This document shows, piece by piece, positions 35,796 to 48,544 of a stretch of 64,000 bases of DNA. The translations under genes were made by a program, and so were the position numbers. The first letter of the stretch is position 1. Each line of letters opens with the position of its first letter. The stretch is from Mobula hypostoma. Its lineage: Eukaryota. The stretch spans positions 65,038,001 to 65,102,000 of the forward strand of contig NC_086100.1 of assembly GCF_963921235.1 (NCBI RefSeq), read 5' to 3'. Below the pieces are notes generated by a model that ran no database searches, was not told the DNA's origin, and saw only the letters and a list, made by a program, of their open reading frames with translations.

Positions 35796-38463
35796 TAGTA
35801 TTGAATGATATCAACTTGACATCATTGTACAGATTAATCATACAACAATGTGGAAAACTGAAACAAAAAAAAGGAACCTATTTATTGAGTGTGTTATATA
35901 TAATTATCATAAAAATGATCAGGAAGGAGAAACTATTCTTTGTGCCATTGATTGCCTGATATTGCTATTTAGAACTGGACAATCCAGAGGCATTCCTTTG
36001 CTGCACATAGTTAGATATAGCAAGACTTGCAGCTACTGCATCATTTTGATCTTAAATGTCAAGCAGCATATTACAATTTTAATTAGTTCTTTGGATTTGG
36101 ATACTTCTAGTTAACCCCATTCCTAAATGTATTGACAGAATGTTCCAAAGTTGACAAAGAAGAATCAACCATGGTGGAATGGGACCAACATTAGTTTGGG
36201 AAAGAACAGTATTTTAAACCTATAAGGAAGATTAATACAAAGATTTTTTTAGGACAATAAAAAAAACTTTCTGGTCCAATTTCTAAACTAAATCTTAAAG
36301 CCCTTCAACTGATGTTGTTTCTTTAAATAAATGAAGGAAGTAGTGTGGTGCTTCTTTTGCAGTATGGATATAAATACTGTACCCTTCACCCCAGAGCTCA
36401 TCTGCAATGCAGCAAGAATGCCTAATCAGATCCATCAACGTTAGCTAACCATTTCCTCTGATGTTTCACTATGGATATTTGGCTGTTCATCAATTGCAAT
36501 GTTAAAGAAGTAATAAAGGGCTTGGTCTCATAGCCACAATCTGTTTCATTCAGATGGACTTCATCACTTTAGACCACATGTCAATCAGACAGTCATACTG
36601 GCACAAAACTCAAGCTTTCACTTCAAATATAGCCTCCAGAGGGATGGTATATCCCATTTGGTTTACTCTTATGGGGCAGTCTTGGTCTTTGGGTCTCATT
36701 TTGCTTACATGCTTTTAATCTGGCACATAGTAATTTCTTTGGGAAATTGACCTGACCCAATTATCCATCATGGTATTGTGCTTAAACTGATTTAATGCTC
36801 AAGTTATCATAGAGCAACTAAAAATAGAAATTTAGTCACATAAGTACAGTTCTAGTTTCAGGACTGCAACATGCATTCAGTTAGCATCCCATCCAAAACA
36901 GGAGAGAGGGAATTTAGAGAGACCATTGTCTCTCTAATGGATGAAGAACATTAAATATTTCTTCATCCGAAGCTTACTGAACATTACCTATCCAAAAAAA
37001 GTACTCATTAATCCATAAAACATAATATTTTGGTGGGATATCATAAAGTACATATGATACACTACCCAAAGTCCAATTATTTCCACCACAATAGAATTGT
37101 GAATGATTGTGTAACTTTCCTCAAGCATTAATTCAATATTCAAAATCAGTAGCAACCTTTCTTGGAAATGCTTTATTTAGATCACAGGTAAAATAAATAA
37201 ATAAATGAATAAATGAATAAGATGTTTCTGAAAAGTGATTTTCTTTCAGATTAAGAACATTATTTGCATCTAAAGGAATTGAATGGTATAGCAACTCTAA
37301 ATTTTAAATGTTTGTCAAAGATATTTTTCTCCCAAATTATCAGTTTAAAAAAAAGTGAACATTTTTTCCACAACTGCTATCATCCAGCTGTTGACAGCTA
37401 ACATAATTGGGACATAAAATACATGAAATAAATCTTCTACATCATAGACCTCCAGAATAGTTACTTCACAGAGTATAATTTGAACGATTTGGATAAATAT
37501 ATTTTCTAATTAAAACAATTAAACACTTTATTATGAGCATTCTTCCCAAAATATATATCATTCAGAATATAGTAAATATAATTGGAGCATTTTGTTATCT
37601 ACATTCATCCTGGGTTACACAGCTGCTTGGAACAAATCTCCACAGGTATCACTGCATCCCTTTCCAGATGTAAACTGCAGATGTTGGAATACGGAGCAAT
37701 GCAGAAGGTACTGAAGGGAAGCATTTGTAGAACAAAACAGACAATTGACATTTTGAGTCAATACCCTTCATCTGGACTGGCAAGATTAAGAGTTTCAAAT
37801 GAACCCTTGACTGTTAATTTCTATCTCTTTTCAGACCTACATGGCTTAGACCTTTTAGCAATTTATAGGATTACTCTTTTTTTTTACACAAGCATTACCA
37901 TCAAGTTTGGGACAAAACACACTCCTATGACTAAATGTGAGATTTGGTCCTTTAACTTATGACCTCATCTGCCTGCCATCTATTAGCTGCCCATTCAAAA
38001 TTGGAGGGAGGGAGTTTGGTGGGGTCATCATCTTGCTGATGGGTGGAAATGAAGGTAGAAATACCATATGTTAAGGGCCGATTAAGTGGGAAAAGGGAAT
38101 TTAGGGACTTTTTCTTTACAAGTTTAGTCTAAGGCAAGGGTTTTCTTTGTTTTCTGCTTTCCTTGTTATCTGCTCTTCCTTGTCTGACGAAGGAAAGATA
38201 TCCCCTTACTTTTGATGACTATTTCATCCTGAAAGGTGTCCACCTGCCTTCAGGAAGCTTCGCAATTTCTGCCTCTGAAATACATAATTTGCGTGCATGC
38301 TGGAGGTCCCTGTCAGGAATCTCAGTTAACAAGCTGCATCCAGAATGGTGGCCAGTAAGATTTATGTAGGAAAGAGGTTCGCTGTCAACTCTCTTCTGCA
38401 CATTTCCAATAAAAAAGTACTTCCACAGTCATTGACACGTTAACTCCAAAGAATATAACTCAC

Positions 38464-38642
38464 ATGAATAGGAAAGTAGTCACGGAAGTAATTCCAGATG
38501 GTCCAATTTCTGACCCATTGTGATCTTCTACCACCCTGATTCGGTGTTTCCCAGTCAAGATACAACCAAACAATGTAAACTGCAGCTATGTACCAGTAAC
38601 CAGCAAAGAGGAGAAGCACAAAGACTGCAAGGCAACACTGAC
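38464..38642 (-). CDS. MOGAT1: MOGAT1 coding exon 2 (missed by the ORF track)
   Basis: cttcatag|...|gtgagt; GQCCLAVFVLLLFAGYWYIAAVYIVWLYLDWETPNQGGRRSQWVRNWTIWNYFRDYFPIH; 179 nt. Confidence 0.96.
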
Positions 38643-39199
38643 CTATGAAGAGAAGAAATTATAGCCATACCATGATCAACAAGATTCGAGTTTGACTTTT
38701 AGATTCAATGGTCAGAGTTCAAAAGTGAAGAATATAGTTAAATACTTTGTAATAAAAACAACTTTATTCATGAATTAAGGATGTCAAGTAACTGACATTC
38801 CTAGACAAGTCTTCTTACAGCCAGTAAAGTAATTCTGAAGTGAGATCACTGTGACAATATAAGAAACACAGATTAACTGAGGTCTATTTATCAGCTAGAA
38901 AAGTGGGTAAATGTCCCTGCTTTTCTACAAAATACTTCCCTGCAAGTTGGGAAATAGGGCCATGGTGTTCTGTTTCATCCAGGGGAAAGAAATTCTCCTG
39001 AGGACACCGTTTCTTACTGCTGCAAGAAATTGTCAACTTCAATATTGTGATGATGAATAGTCTTAGTTTTCCAAGCACGGTTATGAATACATATCTTTTC
39101 TGAAATATTTATATCAAGATATAACATAAGAATTAAAAATAAAAATGTTTTCAGTACAAGTCTGATCAACTAATATAGATAATTATTACAAATAAGTAA

Positions 39200-39575
39200 G
39201 TTGCTTGGATTGAATGGCTTGAGAGATAAGGAATGTAGGAGAACCTGGGACTGCTTTCACTGGAATGTAGGAGGCTGAGGGAGGACCTTGGAACTGTATA
39301 AAATCATGAGAGGGAATAGATAAGCTAAAGTATCAGGTTTTTTCTTGGATTGGACAGCCTCCAACTACAAGGCACAGAGGGAGAAAAATCTAAAAGGGAC
39401 CTGTAGGGCAAATTTTGTACAAAGAGAGTGGTGGGTATAGTGAATGAGCTACCAGAGAAAATGGCAGGTGTATAGATCATGGTTTTGACTGATATGGCCC
39501 AAATGCATTAGCACAGGTAGGCACCTTGATTGGCATGAATGAGCTGAGCTGAAGGGCTCATGCTGTATGCTGTAG
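39200..39575 (+). mobile_element. Old CR1 3' fragment
   Basis: Degenerate SLE.RRLR.DL...YKIMR and 3'UTR. Confidence 0.6.
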
Positions 39576-41389
39576 GATAACCCGGGATTACTTCCACGTG
39601 GATAACTCGTGCTGTATATCTCGATATAAATGGGACTCCATTTATTTTGGATGAATCTAACAATTCTGTCAAATGAGTTAGGTTTCAAATAAAAGCCTCA
39701 AACTTTCAAGGTGGAAATGGCTATTTCTTATGATTTGCTCTTGAAATACCAGCGGACTTGAAGGGTAGATGTGTTATTGTACCAAGAATTGCTACATGTA
39801 TCATACCATCAAGGCAAACCAGTGATCCCTTAACACCATATGATTTGGTTATTACATTGAGTGAGCCTCAGATTAGTTTTTCATTCGGGATGGTTTAAGG
39901 GAAGTTATTCTCAAACAGTACAAGAACAATATTATGGTATGCAAACAGCAGTATTACATTGTGTGATAAGTAGCAAACTCACTTCCATTTAAATTGAATG
40001 GAAAACTACATTCAATTAAATTTAAATTGAATGTCATTTTATCCAATTTAATTTCTAGAAGTGCATGTGCCAGAGTAAATATCCAGAGAAATTACTGCTG
40101 CTCCATTTTGCCACAAGTAGTAGTACCAGAAAAAAATTATTGAAAATCAAGATAAAGTAAGGAGGCCAAATAAAGCTTGAATTTCAATGTACTATCACTG
40201 GAATTGCTGACTGGGAATTATGACAAAGCAAACTTAAAATACAGAAAATAATCTCTCAATGGCATGAACAATGCAGATCACCTCCCATTTATGCTTCGTC
40301 TAATACATTGACTCTACATTGTAACACAGTTAAATGATAAAATATAAGGGAAATTTGGTGGTTTTTCACTTATTGGTTGACTGAAAATAGCTGAGCAATA
40401 TCTCACATCCCTGTCACTGGCTGACACCAACAGTATTAAAATGAAGATCCAAGTCTCATTCAAGAAGCAAAATAGGATTTCAGGAAGGCATTTCGAGGTA
40501 TTAATAAAAGACTGGCAGATGGCACAGTGAGCAAAATGATAGATGTCATAAATAAATTTAAAATATTAAAGAACATAGATACAATGTGTGATTAACATTG
40601 AGAAAGGGAATCTTAATCTAGCTGAAGAAATGGGAGTTTTATATAAGAAGCATTCATACCTTTTATCAAAAATAATGCTTGTAGGAAATGAATTGCACAG
40701 AACTAATTAAGTCACTGTTCACTCACATGCAGGGTTCCGTCATCAGGAACAACAGTAGTTCTAGCACAGATCCACCCAGACCCCTATTACTTATGCTACC
40801 CCTGTTCACCACCTCAAGGCAACTATTTTAAATACAATCAGTAACTATCATTAATATTATCTTTCATGCTCGGTTCATAACTCTTGTTAATAATTCATAC
40901 AATGTGAAAAAGGCCCTTCAGCCAACTGAGTCCATGCTAACAACCAAGCACCCACTTTCACCAATTCCGAACTAATGCTGTTTCATTTCCCCACTTTGCC
41001 ATCAATTCCCTCCACACTTATACACTAGGGGTATCTCACTGTGCCAAATTAAACCCCTGACCGCCCCCCCAAAGCCTCTGGGGGAAAAAAAAGGCGACTG
41101 GAGAGTAATCCCCAATCTTACTCTCGACTAAAAACATTAGGAACACTTTTTATGAGGTAAGTTGTGGTATACTATCACCACCAACAATGAAAAGGCAAGA
41201 GGAGGCGAAGCTGACTCGAGGGATGAATCATGCTGGTATGTTGCAAAGTCAGGGCACGTCTTCGAGAAGGTTTTGGAAACAGAGATGGAGCTAGAGTGAG
41301 CGATACGAAGAGGAGATGAGGCAGAGAAGTTCTGGTGCCCATCCACCTGAATTGGGTCTGAGGTTGGATTGCTGTAAGCGCCAAGCCCA

Positions 41390-41892
41390 TTTGAAGAGGT
41401 CAACAACAGCTTCGGGCTAGGCGGTGAGGCCTAGGCCAGTGTCTGGATGATTTAAACACCAACACAGATAGACTGGAAAGGCAGGGAGCCAGGATCGGAG
41501 GCGAGGGTTGGAACGATTTTGCTCGCTGTCCTGTGATGTTATTCCTCCCTCCGCGACGCTGAGGCTGTGGCTCTGCTCCTGCCTTTACGCGCTTCATGGC
41601 AGCTTGCCCCGCTACATGATGAACAAAGGCTTTGGGGATACTCTGCTGTTCCAGGGATTTAGGTCTAGGGACTGGACTCAATTTGGTTCAGAATGCTGTT
41701 GCTTGCTTCTATTGTTTGCATGATTTGTGTTTTTTTTTCCTCTTTTGCTGCGCTTTGAGTGTTGGTCTTTCTTTTTTTTAAATTGGGTTCTTTCAGGTTT
41801 CTTGCTTTGTGGTTGGCTGTAAACAGACAAGTCTAAAGGTTGTATCATTTATGCCTACTTTGATAATAAATGTACTTTGAATTTTGAATTTG
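41390..41892 (+). mobile_element. Unclassified non-LTR/SINE-like 3' end
   Basis: CpG-rich body, T-rich tail, AATAAA followed by (TTTGAA)n-type repeats. Confidence 0.5.
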
Positions 41893-41935
41893 GTGTTCTG
41901 GCTATTCTTTTGACACTTTTTCCAATAGATATGGT

Positions 41936-41963
41936 ACATACACACACACATACACACACACAC
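41936..41963. repeat. (CA)n microsatellite, imperfect
   Basis: Direct inspection. Confidence 0.85.
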
Positions 41964-42026
41964 GTGGACTAATCACAGGACACTTAAAAGACGGACAATG
42001 TCGATCACCAACATTTCATTTGAAGT

Positions 42027-42068
42027 TGCACTGATGATATTGCCTAGATGGGTAACAAAACGTCTGCA
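42027..42068 (+). ncRNA. Decayed type I hammerhead motif of a second, unrelated Penelope-like family
   Basis: TGCA CTGATGA TATTGCCTAGATGGGTAAC AAAA CGTC TGCA; G12 position reads A. Confidence 0.65.
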
Positions 42069-42179
42069 AGCTAACAAGCCAGCTTGGTGAGCTACTCAAC
42101 AACAGCAACATTTTTTCAAGTTCATAATGTCCATGCCTTCCTTCACTTAGCCCACATTCTGCTTAAAAGCTGACCATCA

Positions 42180-42930
42180 ATCTTTGTTTTCCATTGCCCA
42201 TGCCAACAGATATTGTAAACGGCCCTGCAAGCTTCTTCATCCTTGCTATGAAAGAAACTATGACCATTGAATCTTAAATAAGACAAGTAGTTTTAAAATC
42301 ACAAACCCATCTATTGTAAATGACTCCATCTTCTCTGAACCCAACAGGCTTTAATATAGTCTACTGCATCATTTACTTCCAAAACCTCTCTTTTGTTATC
42401 CAGTGGCACCATCCGCTCTTACTTATTTGCCTTCAGACTACTTCCATCAGCAGATTCTCTCCTACCCATCAACATTATATGTGACATCGTGCATAACTAT
42501 CCTTGGTTCCTCCCAATTCCTGATCCACATTCTTATCCCAAGTGACAGAAATGAAGAAAAAACATCTGGCTGTTTATGTACAATCATGTCACCTCTTGTT
42601 ACCCTGTATTTCTCAGAATATTTTTCTCATTGTATGTACTGTGCGAGCAGTAATTCCCTCCAGCTAAACACTGAGAAAACTAAAGACTTCTGAGATTGAA
42701 TGACTTCAATCAAATCATTCAATCTTCCTTTAGCCAGCTTCTCAGGTGAAAACAGCCTCTTCAAAATTGAAAGTCCTCTCCAACCATAAATTGAGCTTCT
42801 GATACAGTTTTTTTTCTACCATCAGGACAGTTTACTTCAATTCCAGAAATATTAACTGCCTCAGCTCATGTCTTACAAGCTTGTCAATGCTTTTCTTATC
42901 TTCAGAGAAAAAAAACTGTTCCAATGATTC
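42180..42930 (+). mobile_element. Old L2-like LINE fragment
   Basis: Degenerate RT remnants (ILGSSQFLI, LQLNTEKT). Confidence 0.5.
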
Positions 42931-43309
42931 CTGGTAAACCTACAAGTACCAGCCATGGCATAGCTGATGGTATGCTCGCCTCCAAGTCATAAGGTTGTGA
43001 GTCATAAGGCTGTGGTTTTGTGTTTCATTTCAAAGAATTAGGCACAAGCCTGAGGTGACACTGTACTTTGGGAGAGAGTTGCATGGTTGAAAATGCCATC
43101 TTTCAAATTAGTCAGTAAACTTGTGCTATCTGTTATTTATTAAAAATCATGTAGCACTCTTCAACATAAAGTGAGGCATTACCCTGACTTTCCGGACTAC
43201 ACTTATTTCTCAATAATACCGCCAAGGGAATAATCTCTTCATTGCCACATTACTGTTTGTGAAAGTTTGCTGCATGTGAATTACAACACAATGGCAACAG
43301 CAAGTTATA

Positions 43310-46290
43310 AAACTGAATCTGGTTTATTATCACTAACGTGCAGATATGTTGTTTTTTGGCAGCAGTACAGTGCAAGGCACAAAATAATTACTATAAGTTA
43401 CAAAAATAGATAAATAGTGCAAAAGAGGCATAGAGAGATGGTGTTCATGGATATTTTAAAAATTTTGAATTCAAAGGGTAAGAACCTGTCCTAAAACATT
43501 GAATGTGGGTCATCAGGCTCCCATCCCAAGTGGTTGTCACCTTCCTGAGGGACCATCTTTTGAAGATATCCTTGACAGTGGGAGTGTGATGCCAGTAATG
43601 GTGCTGGCTGAGTTTACAATCCTCTGCAGCCTCTTGTGATCCGGCACAACAGAGCATCCATACCCGGTTGTGAAGAAAATTCCCTTAAACTCCTAATGAA
43701 GTAAAGGTGAAGGCATGTCTTCTTCATGATAGCGTCAATGTACTGGGCCAGGACAGATCCTCTGAGATGTTGATGACCAGGAACTTGAAGCTACTCACCC
43801 TTTCCAACACTTAACTCTCAAATAAGACTGATGTGTGTTCACCCAACTACTCCTTTCAGAAGTCCACAATCAGTTCCTTGGTCTTGCCGACTTTGAGTAC
43901 AAGATTATTGTTGTGACACCACTCAACCAACAGACCTATCTCGCTCCTGTATGACCCCTCGTTACCATGAGATTTTGGCAACAACAGCAATGTCATCAGC
44001 AGATTTATAGAGAGCACTTGAGCTATGGTTAACCACATAGCCATGAGTGTAGAGAGAGAGAAGAGCCACAGGCTAAGTATGCATTCCTGAGGTGCACCTG
44101 TGTTGACTATCAGTGAGCAGGAGATGTTATTACCAATCCACACTGACTGTAGTCACCCAATGCATATCTAGCAATTGAGTGGCAAGGGAGTTTTCAACCA
44201 TTATCCTGATAGCAATGTACATTCCAACCCTGGCTAATGTCAGGCAGGCACTGAAGAAGCTGAGCACCGTGATCGGCAGACACAAAACAATGCACCCCGA
44301 TGCCTTCCCGATTTCAACCAGGCCAGCTTGAAGTTGTCTCTGAATTACTCCCACCAACATATCACCTGTGGAACCAGAGGAGCCAACACACTTGACCACT
44401 ATTACAAAACCATCAAAACACTTACTGTGCCATCCCACATTGGTCAGCCCAATCATCTAGCTGTACTTCTACTTCCTGCATACAGACAGAGGCTGAGGAC
44501 CACAGCACCAGTGGCGAAAAGCACAGAGGTATGGTCAAGGGAGGCTAAGGAACGGAATTGGTGAACTAGCCAATATTCAAGGATTCATTTTCAAATCCAA
44601 ATAGATATGGCACAGTTATTAGGTGAGTGTGTGCCTTTGATAACTTACCAGATTTACCCAAACCAAAAGCCATGAATGAACCAAGAGATTTGCAGTCTGC
44701 TGAAGCTAGATCAGCAGTATTCAAGACTGGTGATCCAGAACTACGCTAGAAGTCCAGGTACAACTTAAAGAAGGCCATTTTAAGAATGAGAGTAAAAAAC
44801 ACAATAATGATTGGAATTAGAGATGGAATTGGAAGCACCTCAGCTCTGGCAGGGCTTGCAGGTCATTACTTCCTACAAAGGTAAATCTAACATCATGAAT
44901 GGCTGTGATGCTTCACTTCCAGATGATGAACCCTCTTCAAGAGGATGAACCCTCAAGGTATCGGGCTTCAATGGCGTACCTGGTATGGCACTGAAAACCT
45001 GTGCCAACCAACTGGCCGCAGTGTTCAAGGACATGTTCAAACTCTCACTGCTGCAGTCAGTGGTTCCCACCTGCTTCATAAGAGCGACAATTTTACCAAT
45101 GCCCAAGAAGAGCAGGATGAGCTGCCAAAACAACTGTAACCCAGTTGCACTCACGGCCAGAATCTGCTCCCGCCTGAGCAAGGACGTAGACACACTACAA
45201 TTTGCCTTATCACTAGAATACGTCTACAGTGGACGCAAATTCACTGGCTCTCCACTCAGCCTTACAGTACCTGGACAACAGCAATACCTATGTCAGGTTG
45301 CTTATTAAACTCAGCATTCAACACATCACCAAGCTCCAAAACCTGGGCCTCTGTACCTTCCTCTGCAGCTAGATCCTTGACTTCCTTAGGAAACCAGTGT
45401 CAGTGCAAATCGGAACAAACACCTCCTCCTCGCTGACTATCAACACTGGCATTCATCAGGGATGTGTGCTTAACCCACTGCTCTGCTCTCCCTGTACCGA
45501 TGACTTGTGTAGCTAGCCGCATCAATAAATTTGATGATGGCATACCTATTGTTGGCAGTATTTCTGATAGTGAGAAGGAGGTTCTGTACAGGGAGATGAT
45601 CAGCTGTTGCGTGGTGTTGCAGCAACAAGCTTGTCCTCAGTATCAGTAAGTACAAGGAATTGACTGTGGACTACAGGAAGGGGAAATCGAGGAAGCACAC
45701 ACCGGTTCTCATCAAGGGATCAGCAGTGGAAAGAGGAGCATTTTCAAGTTCCTGGGTGTCAACGTCTCTGAAGATCTGTCCTGAGCCCGACATATTGTTG
45801 CAATTATAAAGAAATCCTGATTACAGCTATATTTCACTTGGAGCTTGAGGAAGCTTGTTGATTAGTTGTGAGCTAGATTCTGCATAGTTGTCAGCTGTGT
45901 TCTGACATGTATATTGCTGTTGTCCAGGTGCTCCAAAGCAAAGCGGAGAGCCAATGAGATTGCTTCTGCTGTAAACCCATTGTGACAATGGACAAATTGC
46001 AATGAGCTGAGGTCCTTGCTGAGGCTGGCCTTAATTCTAGCCATGACTAATCTCTCAACGCACTTCATCACAACAGATGTGAGAGTTACTGAGTGATTCT
46101 CATTGAGGCACCTCATCCTGCTCTTCTTAGGTGCAAGTTCGATTGCCCTTTTGAAACAAGTGGGAACCTTTGCTTGAAGCAGTGAGAGGTTGAAGATGTC
46201 CTTGAACATTCTGGCCAGTTTGTCAGCACAGGTTTTCATCACCCTGCATCTCGCCATGTAAGGGTTACCCTCTCGAAGAATGTTCTGAAA
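43310..46290. mobile_element. Cluster of Rex1/Babar-type LINE fragments (-: 43310-44165; +: 44195-45855; -: 45860-46290)
   Basis: NTGAPQECILS, LKVGKTKELIVDF, TCGTRGANTLDH, LKTCANQLAAVFKDMF, LTSVVMKCVERLV. Confidence 0.85.
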
Positions 46291-46421
46291 TACAGTACTT
46301 CAATTATTATAAAGTACTTTGGGACACTGGCAAAGGTAATATGCAAAGGGAAAGTTATGTCTAAAAAATTAAGTATTATCTAAATATTTACTGCCAATAT
46401 TTAAAGTCAGCCGGTCAGCCT

Positions 46422-46690
46422 ACTTCTTCTTCTTAAGCCCATGGGCCGCTGACAGCAGATGGTCAGTCTTCCGTCCTGAGCTGAATGGCCACCAGTCCTG
46501 CAGCTTCTGCTTTCACCACACACTTCATACGTCTTCCAGCTGAAGATCCCCCCATTGCCAGGGATTAGGCCTTTTGAGCTTCTGCTGGCATAGCACTGAT
46601 TTTTTTTTTTAACGGATGGAGTTACTAGGCCCACGCCCAACCCTCCTTTTGCAGCCAGGCTTGTGACCACCCATGGCAGAGTTCTGTCCA
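46422..46690 (-). mobile_element. Short RTE-derived non-autonomous element (5'UTR-like motif fused to a 3' tail)
   Basis: Minus strand GGAGGGTTGGGCGTGGGCCTAGTAACTCCATCCGTTAAAA motif typical of RTE 5'UTRs, ending in (GAA)n. Confidence 0.5.
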
Positions 46691-46893
46691 CCTACACCAT
46701 TCCTTAAATCTTATATTTTCATTATTGTGTTCAAATTTATCCTTCTTTCTTCCTATCATTTAATGCTCAAAAACTCTCCTACTTTATATACCTCATTCCA
46801 CTTACCTTACCAGGTCAGGCTTCTTCTGTGAAATTCCTTTTAAGAACTTCTGTCTTTTATTCCTTTCTTCCTAACGAGATGTTTCCTGAATCT

Positions 46894-47815
46894 AAAAACG
46901 TAAACACGAGGAATATCTTTCCCTCCCCCCCTCTGCTTTCCACAGGGATCATTCCCTACGTGACACCCTTGTCCATTCGTCCCCCCCATCCCTCCCCACT
47001 GATCTCCCTCCTGGCACTTATCCTTGTAAGCGGAACAAGTGCTACACATGCCCTTACACTTCCTCCCTTACCACCATTCAGGGCCCCAGACAGTCCTTCC
47101 TGGGGAGGCGACACTTCACCTGTGAGTCGGCTGGGGTGATATACTGCGTCCGGTGCTCCCGATGTGGCCTACTATATATTGGCGAGACCCGACGCAGACC
47201 GGGAGATCGTTTTGCTGAACACCTACGCTCTGTCCGCCAGAGAAAGCAGGATCTCCCAGTGGCCACACATTTTAATTCCACATCCCATTCCCATTCTGTT
47301 ATGTCTATCCACAGCCTCCTCTACTGTAAAGATGAAGCCACACTCAGGTTGGAGGAACAACACCTTATGTTCTGTCTGAGTAGCCTCCAACCTGATGGCA
47401 TGAACATTGACTTCTCTAACTTCCGCTAATGTCCCACCTCCCCCTCGTACCCCATCCGTTATTTATTTATATACACACATTCTTTCTCTCTCTCTCCTTT
47501 TTCTCTCTCTGTCCCTCTGGCTATAGCCCTTGCCCATCCTCTGGGTTTTTTTCTCCCTCCCCCTTTTTCTCCCTGGGCCTCCTGTCCCATGATCCTTTCA
47601 TATCCCTTTTGCCAATCACCTGTCCAGCTCTTGGCTCCATCCCTCCCCCTCCTGTCTTCTCCTATCATTTTGGATCTCCCCCTCCCACTTTCAAATCTCT
47701 TACTAGCTCATCCTTCAGTTAGTCCTGATGAAGGGTCTCAGCCCGAAACATCGATTGTACCTCTTCCCAGAGATGCTGCCTGGCCTGCTGCGTTCACTAG
47801 CAACTTTGATGTGTG
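46894..47815 (+). mobile_element. Penelope 3' fragment (linker + GIY-YIG + terminal repeat) with a tiny inverted terminus, in MOGAT1 intron 1
   Basis: PCKRNKCYTC, IYCVRCSRCGLLYIGET. TSD TGTTTC(C/T)TGAATCT at 46880-46893 and 47816-47829. Confidence 0.92.
47721..47756 (+). ncRNA. Hammerhead motif, partly decayed
   Basis: AGTC CTGATGA AGGGTCTCAGCCC GAAA CATC GATT. Confidence 0.6.
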
Positions 47816-48450
47816 TGTTTCTTGAATCTGGCTATTTTGCTTTGAGTGTTCCTTCAAATATATTCTCTTGAACACTGGTAATTGTACAGCTGAGACATTT
47901 TTTTCCTATTTAAAGTTCTTATTTTTTAAAGAATGACCATGTCGTAAAAAAATTGACTATTCCTTGTCCAAAAAAATTAGAAAATTATATCTGACTCTGA
48001 GCACACCAATATTCGGCCGTTGTCTATGCTATGCCTCGCCTCTTTGAAAATTGTTATCTTCTATCATCAATACAGTATCTGTATTTAAAATCTTACTCCG
48101 GTTGTTTCTTGAGATCAGCAGAAAATAATTTGGAATTGAATTTTAAACTGAACACTCGCCACGCGTATTTTGGACAAACTTTAAGTCAGCACTCATTAGG
48201 TTAAGTATTTTGTATATTAGTGGCATCACATAACGAAGGCACGTGCTATTCAGTTGCTGCTATCGGGACCCTACGGAAATAGCCACACCGTGACTGTAAC
48301 TTTACACTATAAAAGTTTTCTGAACAGGAGACACTTAGAGAAATGCCCAGACGGCAATGAATTAATGTGTATATCCAACCACGTTGAATTTTTTTAACAA
48401 AAGGATACAATATTTTCATAAATTACCCCAACATTATAATGAAAAATTAC

Positions 48451-48544
48451 CCAGGAACAAGAAAGTGAAGATCCACTGAAGCACGGCAAACGTTTGAATC
48501 CTCCTCTTAAAAGGAATGTTAATGGGCGCAAACTCAATCTTCAT
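48451..48544 (-). CDS. MOGAT1: MOGAT1 (monoacylglycerol O-acyltransferase 1, DGAT2 family) coding exon 1
   Basis: MKIEFAPINIPFKRRIQTFAVLQWIFTFLFLG|gtaatt; 94 nt. The six exons (94+179+205+175+200+155=1008 nt) join in frame to 335 aa. Adjacency to FARSB supports MOGAT1 over its paralogs. Confidence 0.95.
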
